From: Nanopusillaceae archaeon
Lineage (GTDB): Archaea > Nanobdellota > Nanobdellia > Nanobdellales > Nanobdellaceae
Reading direction: 5' to 3'
NCBI GenBank assembly: GCA_049974095.1
Contig: JBMFJD010000001.1
Coordinates: 30,001 to 62,000 of the forward strand
DNA length: 32,000 bases
Shown here: positions 28,065-32,000 of the stretch, piece after piece
Position numbering within the stretch: position 1 is the first letter of the stretch
Layout of the letters: each line of letters begins with the position of its first letter
Notes under the pieces: model-generated
Told to the model about the DNA's origin: nothing
The model's input: only the letters and a program-made list of their open reading frames with translations
Databases searched by the model: none
Position numbers and translations under genes: made by a program

Positions 28065-28399
28065 ACTCTTCTAAATTCTATATAATTGTTTGTTATATTT
28101 TGACCAAAAGAAAATACAGTACCATTACTTAAATTTTCATAAATTATCTCATATAGTCTATTAATTCCTAAATTATCTAATATAGAAGAATTAAAATCTT
28201 CAGACGTTAAATTACATATAGGATTAGAATATTCCTCTGTTATTTTTTTAATAATTATCCTTCCATCGATAAATTTGTTAAAAAAATCTGAATATTTGAA
28301 ATTAACATTATAAATATTTGATACTTCCTCCATTAATAATAAAGTTATAAAAAAAATTATAACTACTATCAATAATAGTTCAAAAAATCTATCCAGCAT
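28016..28399 (-). CDS. Pilin-like small secreted/anchored glycoprotein, paralog 1
   Basis: MLDRFFELLLIVVIIFFITLLL N-terminus. Sequons NLT, NSS, NLS, NGT, NIT. C-terminal motif VCYYDGSLYLVEV. Confidence 0.55.
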   Translation of the reverse strand: MLDRFFELLLIVVIIFFITLLLMEEVSNIYNVNFKYSDFFNKFIDGRIIIKKITEEYSNPICNLTSEDFNSSILDNLGINRLYEIIYENLSNGTVFSFGQNITNNYIEFRRVCYYDGSLYLVEVLIS

Positions 28400-28441
28400 A
28401 TAATATTATACCTTATAAAGCTTTTTATATATAAATCCTAA

Positions 28442-29017
28442 ATGGACTCTAAATTAGTATCATTATTAAAGGAAAATAAAAAAATGATTACTGTTAGCGC
28501 AAAAAATTTACCAATTTCAAGAAAGGATTCTGAAGAAGTTGGAAGATTTATTAAATATTTAACTATACCATTAGCAAAAAAATACCTAAATATGGTAATT
28601 AATTTTCAAATTGCAGTTCCTTTATATAGATATCATAAAAAACAAGCTCATCATTCAAATGTAATGGGAAAAGTACCATATGGAAGATATCCTATAAAAG
28701 TTTCTAAATATTTCCTAAAATTATTAAATTCTTTAGAGAATAATGCAAAGAATTTAGGTTTAGATCCAAATAAAGTAATAATTGTTTCTGTAGATGCTTC
28801 AAAAGGAAACAAACCACCAGGTAGATTAAGAGTAACAAAAATAAAAACAGGTCCTGGAGGAGTAAGAAGAGCATTATATGTCGCTCATAGGAAAATAACT
28901 CATATAAAAATATATGGACTATATGTAGAAAATTTAGATACAATGAAAAGATTAAAGAAAAAGGCTTTAAAACAAATTGTTAAACAAATATTAAAAGAAT
29001 GGCAACAAAAAATATAG
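28442..29017 (+). CDS. rpl22: Ribosomal protein uL22
   Basis: ...AKNLPISRKDSEEVGRFIKYLTIPLAKKYLNMVINFQIAVPLYRYHKK... and its position directly upstream of uS3. Confidence 0.85.
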   Translation: MDSKLVSLLKENKKMITVSAKNLPISRKDSEEVGRFIKYLTIPLAKKYLNMVINFQIAVPLYRYHKKQAHHSNVMGKVPYGRYPIKVSKYFLKLLNSLENNAKNLGLDPNKVIIVSVDASKGNKPPGRLRVTKIKTGPGGVRRALYVAHRKITHIKIYGLYVENLDTMKRLKKKALKQIVKQILKEWQQKI

Positions 29018-29676
29018 AAGAAATTGTAAAAGAAAAAAGAGTTGAAGCTGTATTAGATAAAGTATTAAAAGACAAATTTAAAGGAAAATTAATTAGTAGG
29101 GTTGAATATTTAAAAATTTCAATGGGAACAAAAGTAATAATTTATTGCGCAAGACCAAGATTAGTATTAGGTAAATCAAATGAAAATATGGAAAAAATAA
29201 AGAAAATTGTAGAAGAAATAACAAAATCCAAAGATCCAATAATTGAAGTAGTTGCTGTAGAAAATCCATTATTAGATTCTGAAATTGTTGCTGATTTAAT
29301 TGCTGCTCAAATTGAAAGATATGGAAATAGAGCAATAAGAAGGATAATGCAAAAAGTAATGGATCAGGTAATGCAAGCTGGTGGATTGGGAATTGAGGTG
29401 AGAGTAACTGGAAAGGTAATAGGAGATAGATCTTCAACAATTAGAGAACAAAGAGGATATATTAAAAAATCTGGAGAATTAAATAAAATTATTGGAAAAA
29501 GTATAAGACATGCAAAATTATCATCTGGAGTAATAGGAATACAAGTAAGGATATTGAAATCTGGAGAAAATCTACCAGATAGAATAAAAATAAAGGATAT
29601 AGCAGAAATAAATCCTGAAGAATTAGAAAAAATAGATCCTTCTTTATTAGAAAAAATATCAAAAGAAAATAAATAA
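28999..29676 (+). CDS. rps3: Ribosomal protein uS3
   Basis: KH-domain region VIIYCARPRLVLGKSNENMEKIKK; PLLDSEIVADLIAAQIERYGNRAIRR; GGLGIEVRVTGKVIGDRS. Confidence 0.9.
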   Translation: MATKNIEEIVKEKRVEAVLDKVLKDKFKGKLISRVEYLKISMGTKVIIYCARPRLVLGKSNENMEKIKKIVEEITKSKDPIIEVVAVENPLLDSEIVADLIAAQIERYGNRAIRRIMQKVMDQVMQAGGLGIEVRVTGKVIGDRSSTIREQRGYIKKSGELNKIIGKSIRHAKLSSGVIGIQVRILKSGENLPDRIKIKDIAEINPEELEKIDPSLLEKISKENK

Positions 29677-29677
29677 A

Positions 29678-30916
29678 TTAAGAGCCATACATAATATATT
29701 TATCAATTTTATCCAAAAATATTTTTATCACATCTGTTCCTTTAATTCTTCCTAATGTTCCCTTAATACATTTTCTTTCAGAAAATTCTTTAACAAAACC
29801 TGATCTTGCATTTTCACTATATATAAATATTGGAACAGGATCTGAAGTATGTCTTCCCAATATTGATGATGTAGAATGATCTCCTGTCATTGCAATCACA
29901 TCAAATTCATCTTTTATTTTTTCTACTAATTCTTTATCAATTCTTTCTATGAGTTTCTTTTTCTCTATTGGTTTTTTATCATGAGATAATGAATCTGTTC
30001 CTTTTATATGTATAAAAACAATATCATATTTATCTCTATAACTTATTGCTGCTTCTACAAAAGAAAACAAATTCTCATCTGCAGTTCCTGTTGTTCCCAA
30101 TGGTTTATATATATCCATACCAACATATTTTGCAACTCCTAAATACATTGGAGCTGCTGCAAGAAATATTGCTTTTACATTATATTTGTTTGGAAATAAA
30201 TCTTCTTCTTTTAATTTTTCATATTTAGAAGAAGATCTTATCAGTAAATAATTTATTTCTGGTAAATCTTTCTCTTTTCTTTCTTTATTTATTTTATGAT
30301 TCTTCGAAAAATTATAAAATTCTTCTACCAATTTATTTAATACTTCTACTGTTTCTTTTGCTTCTTTATCTAAATATTTTATTTCTGGCACTTTTATATT
30401 TTCTTTATGTAAATCATTATCCGTAACTTTTTCTGATTTTAATCCTTTTATTACCAATACCCCCCTATGCTCTACACCATGTTTTATTATTATCTTTATT
30501 CCATATTCCTTTTCTATTTTTTCTTTTACATCTTCAAAATCTTTTAATAATTCTTCCAATCCATAATCATTTCTTCCTATTCTTCTATCTATTAATATTT
30601 TATTATTGTCTACTGTTCCAAAATTTAGTCTAAATGCAATATCTCCTTCTTCTAATTCAATATTATTACCCAATGCCTCAAAAATTCCTCTACCTTTGTA
30701 ATATTTATCAACATCATATCCAAATAAAGATAAATGTCCTGTATCACTTCCTGGAACAAATCCTGGAGCTACAGTATCTACAATACCTGCTTCAGATTTC
30801 CTAACTAATTTATTTATATTCTCTTTTTTTGCAGCTTCCAATGGTGTTTTATTTCCCAATAATTTATTTGGATGATCGCCAAGACCATCTAATATTATAA
30901 ATAAACCTTTTTTCAT
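29678..30916 (-). CDS. apgM: Cofactor-independent phosphoglycerate mutase, archaeal type (ApgM)
   Basis: FIILDGLGDHP...KTPLEAA, PGSDTGHLSLFGYD, GRGIFEALG, MTGDHSTSS. It converges on uS3 with 1 nt between the stop codons. Confidence 0.85.
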   Translation of the reverse strand: MKKGLFIILDGLGDHPNKLLGNKTPLEAAKKENINKLVRKSEAGIVDTVAPGFVPGSDTGHLSLFGYDVDKYYKGRGIFEALGNNIELEEGDIAFRLNFGTVDNNKILIDRRIGRNDYGLEELLKDFEDVKEKIEKEYGIKIIIKHGVEHRGVLVIKGLKSEKVTDNDLHKENIKVPEIKYLDKEAKETVEVLNKLVEEFYNFSKNHKINKERKEKDLPEINYLLIRSSSKYEKLKEEDLFPNKYNVKAIFLAAAPMYLGVAKYVGMDIYKPLGTTGTADENLFSFVEAAISYRDKYDIVFIHIKGTDSLSHDKKPIEKKKLIERIDKELVEKIKDEFDVIAMTGDHSTSSILGRHTSDPVPIFIYSENARSGFVKEFSERKCIKGTLGRIKGTDVIKIFLDKIDKYIMYGS

Positions 30917-30948
30917 AATTCTTAACCTCTCTCTTTTAATTTAAATTT

Positions 30949-30960
30949 TTTATAAAAAAT
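30949..30960 (+). promoter_or_regulatory. Candidate TATA box for tRNA-Leu
   Basis: TTTTATAAAAAT. The core TTTATAAA occupies -28..-21 relative to tRNA nucleotide +1 (30978). Confidence 0.35.
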
Positions 30961-30977
30961 AGAAAATATTAAAATAT

Positions 30978-31062
30978 GCGGCGGTGCCCGAGCTGGACAA
31001 AGGGGTCGGGCTCAAGACCCGATGGAGAAGATCCGTCAGGGGTTCGAATCCCCTCCGCCGCA
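30978..31062 (+). tRNA. tRNA-Leu (anticodon CAA), class II with a long variable arm, CCA not encoded
   Basis: GCGGCGG-TG-CCC..GGG-..-TCGGG-CTCAAGA-CCCGA-TGGAGAAGATCCGTC-AGGGG-TTCGAAT-CCCCT-CCGCCGC-A, followed by TTTTATTT. Confidence 0.9.
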
Positions 31063-31166
31063 TTTTATTTATACAGGATACTCAATATTAGTAATTGAGA
31101 TTAAATATAGAATTGGAATGTATAAATCTTTATTTTAGATAAATAATAAAAATTTCAAAAATAAAA

Positions 31167-32000
31167 TTATTTAAATAATCCAGTAATATATATTTGAGGC
31201 ATATTTCCAAATGGAGGCAATATTCTTATTCTGATCCAATATATTTGTAAATTTGTTACATTTTGACCAAATACGAATATATTTGCATTCGATACCTTTG
31301 GTACTTGTGGAGCTGCACCAGCTTGATGATAATTATTCAAAAATATGCTAATATAATTATTATATCCTATACTATATACTGCTGGTACATTTGCGTTATA
31401 TAAAAAACTGCTTAAACTATTTCCATCAACAATAGATAACAAAGTATTATATAATGATGGATTCGCACAACAATATGCACCATCTGTAGAACAACTTATA
31501 TTTAAACTTGTTCCTGTTCCAAATTTAATTTCTTCTTGACTTAGTAAAGATAAGTAGAAATCAACCATATAGCCAGATAAATTATATGTATTTAAAGTAT
31601 ATATTCCAGATATTCCAAAAGAATTCAAATAAACATAATTACTACCGTTATATATTTTTCCTATTATTCCAAATAAAGATGGATTATTAAAATCTTTAGG
31701 AGTCCAATAGTAAGTGAATACTTGTTGTCCATTATCATATCCTTGAACTACATATGGATTTGCTCCTACATATGGATAATATAATTGATAATAATCTATA
31801 TTATTACTTCCTATTCCCATATAAATTGTTATATTTGTATTATTAGAAATTCCATTTGGTAATTTTACCCACCATACATCACAAGTTATTCCATTATTAT
31901 TTAGTTGACCTTCATACCAAGAATATAATAGAGAACCTGTTAGATTAGAAGTATTTGTGAAGAAAAGTGCATTTTGGCCATTTGGATTTATTTCCAAAAA
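31167..32000 (-). CDS. Secreted or surface glycoprotein with a DUF2341 / LamG (concanavalin-like) domain; N-terminus lies beyond the window
   Basis: DVWWVKLPNGISNNTNITIYMGIGS and LQIYWIRIRILPPFGNMP resemble DUF2341 signatures. It has many N-x-S/T sequons. The first Met in the window (31997) has no signal peptide and the frame is still open at 32000. Confidence 0.6.
   Translation of the reverse strand, partial: FLEINPNGQNALFFTNTSNLTGSLLYSWYEGQLNNNGITCDVWWVKLPNGISNNTNITIYMGIGSNNIDYYQLYYPYVGANPYVVQGYDNGQQVFTYYWTPKDFNNPSLFGIIGKIYNGSNYVYLNSFGISGIYTLNTYNLSGYMVDFYLSLLSQEEIKFGTGTSLNISCSTDGAYCCANPSLYNTLLSIVDGNSLSSFLYNANVPAVYSIGYNNYISIFLNNYHQAGAAPQVPKVSNANIFVFGQNVTNLQIYWIRIRILPPFGNMPQIYITGLFK

Noticed and set aside
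31083-31101. CTCAAT-ATTAGTA-ATTGAG hairpin between tRNA-Leu and the convergent surface-protein gene as a terminator
   Set aside because: A 6-bp AT-rich stem is weak at high temperature. Archaeal termination is usually explained by oligo-T tracts, and TTTTATTT at 31063-31070 already follows the tRNA. It is not supportable as a distinct feature.

Overview
This is 32 kb of a very AT-rich, extremely gene-dense archaeal chromosome. The only GC-rich stretches are stable RNAs: 16S rRNA (+, ~3597-5088), an unlinked 23S rRNA on the opposite strand (-, ~11045-13989), tRNA-Glu(CUC), tRNA-Leu(CAA) and a 233-nt structured ncRNA (15790-16022). I infer a reduced, hyperthermophilic Nanoarchaeota-like (DPANN) genome from five observations: AT-rich coding DNA beside GC-rich RNAs, separated rRNA genes, substitutions inside 'universal' 16S motifs, scattered ribosomal-protein operon fragments, and several truncated or split genes. 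Translation genes are uS19, uL22, uS3, uS5, uL30, uL15, eL19, uL16/L10e, eL37, a 38-aa eL41 missing from the ORF track, ProRS and HisRS. Cell-surface genes are a FlaI/PilB-like ATPase, a FlaJ/TadBC-like platform encoded as two ORFs, three tandem pilin-like glycoprotein paralogs, lipid-carrier glycosylation genes (GT2-GtrA, PAP2, cis-prenyltransferase) and a DUF2341/LamG-like surface protein. Other genes are a truncated cysteine-free ArcTGT, a MinD/ParA ATPase operon carrying an 89-aa Dph2 N-terminal fragment, ApgM, a HAD phosphatase, a degenerate HIT protein, a fused MNT-HEPN protein, and a ChlI/MoxR-like AAA+ ORF followed by a vWA ORF. The leads most worth follow-up are: (1) the AAA+ and vWA ORFs are joined by a 200-codon open frame with no ATG/GTG/TTG, reachable by a +1 shift at UUU-CGG; (2) the 233-nt ncRNA has RNase P RNA-like CR-I/CR-IV/CR-V blocks; (3) the ATGA-coupled pilin-like triplet ends exactly at a tRNA; (4) several universally conserved RNA or protein motifs are changed (16S 3' tail, 16S 530 loop, 23S sarcin-ricin loop, tRNA C33, TGT zinc site, HIT triad). 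I saw no CRISPR array, transposase, integrase or obvious prophage. All functional calls rest on motifs I recognised by eye; no database search, HMM or covariance model was run.
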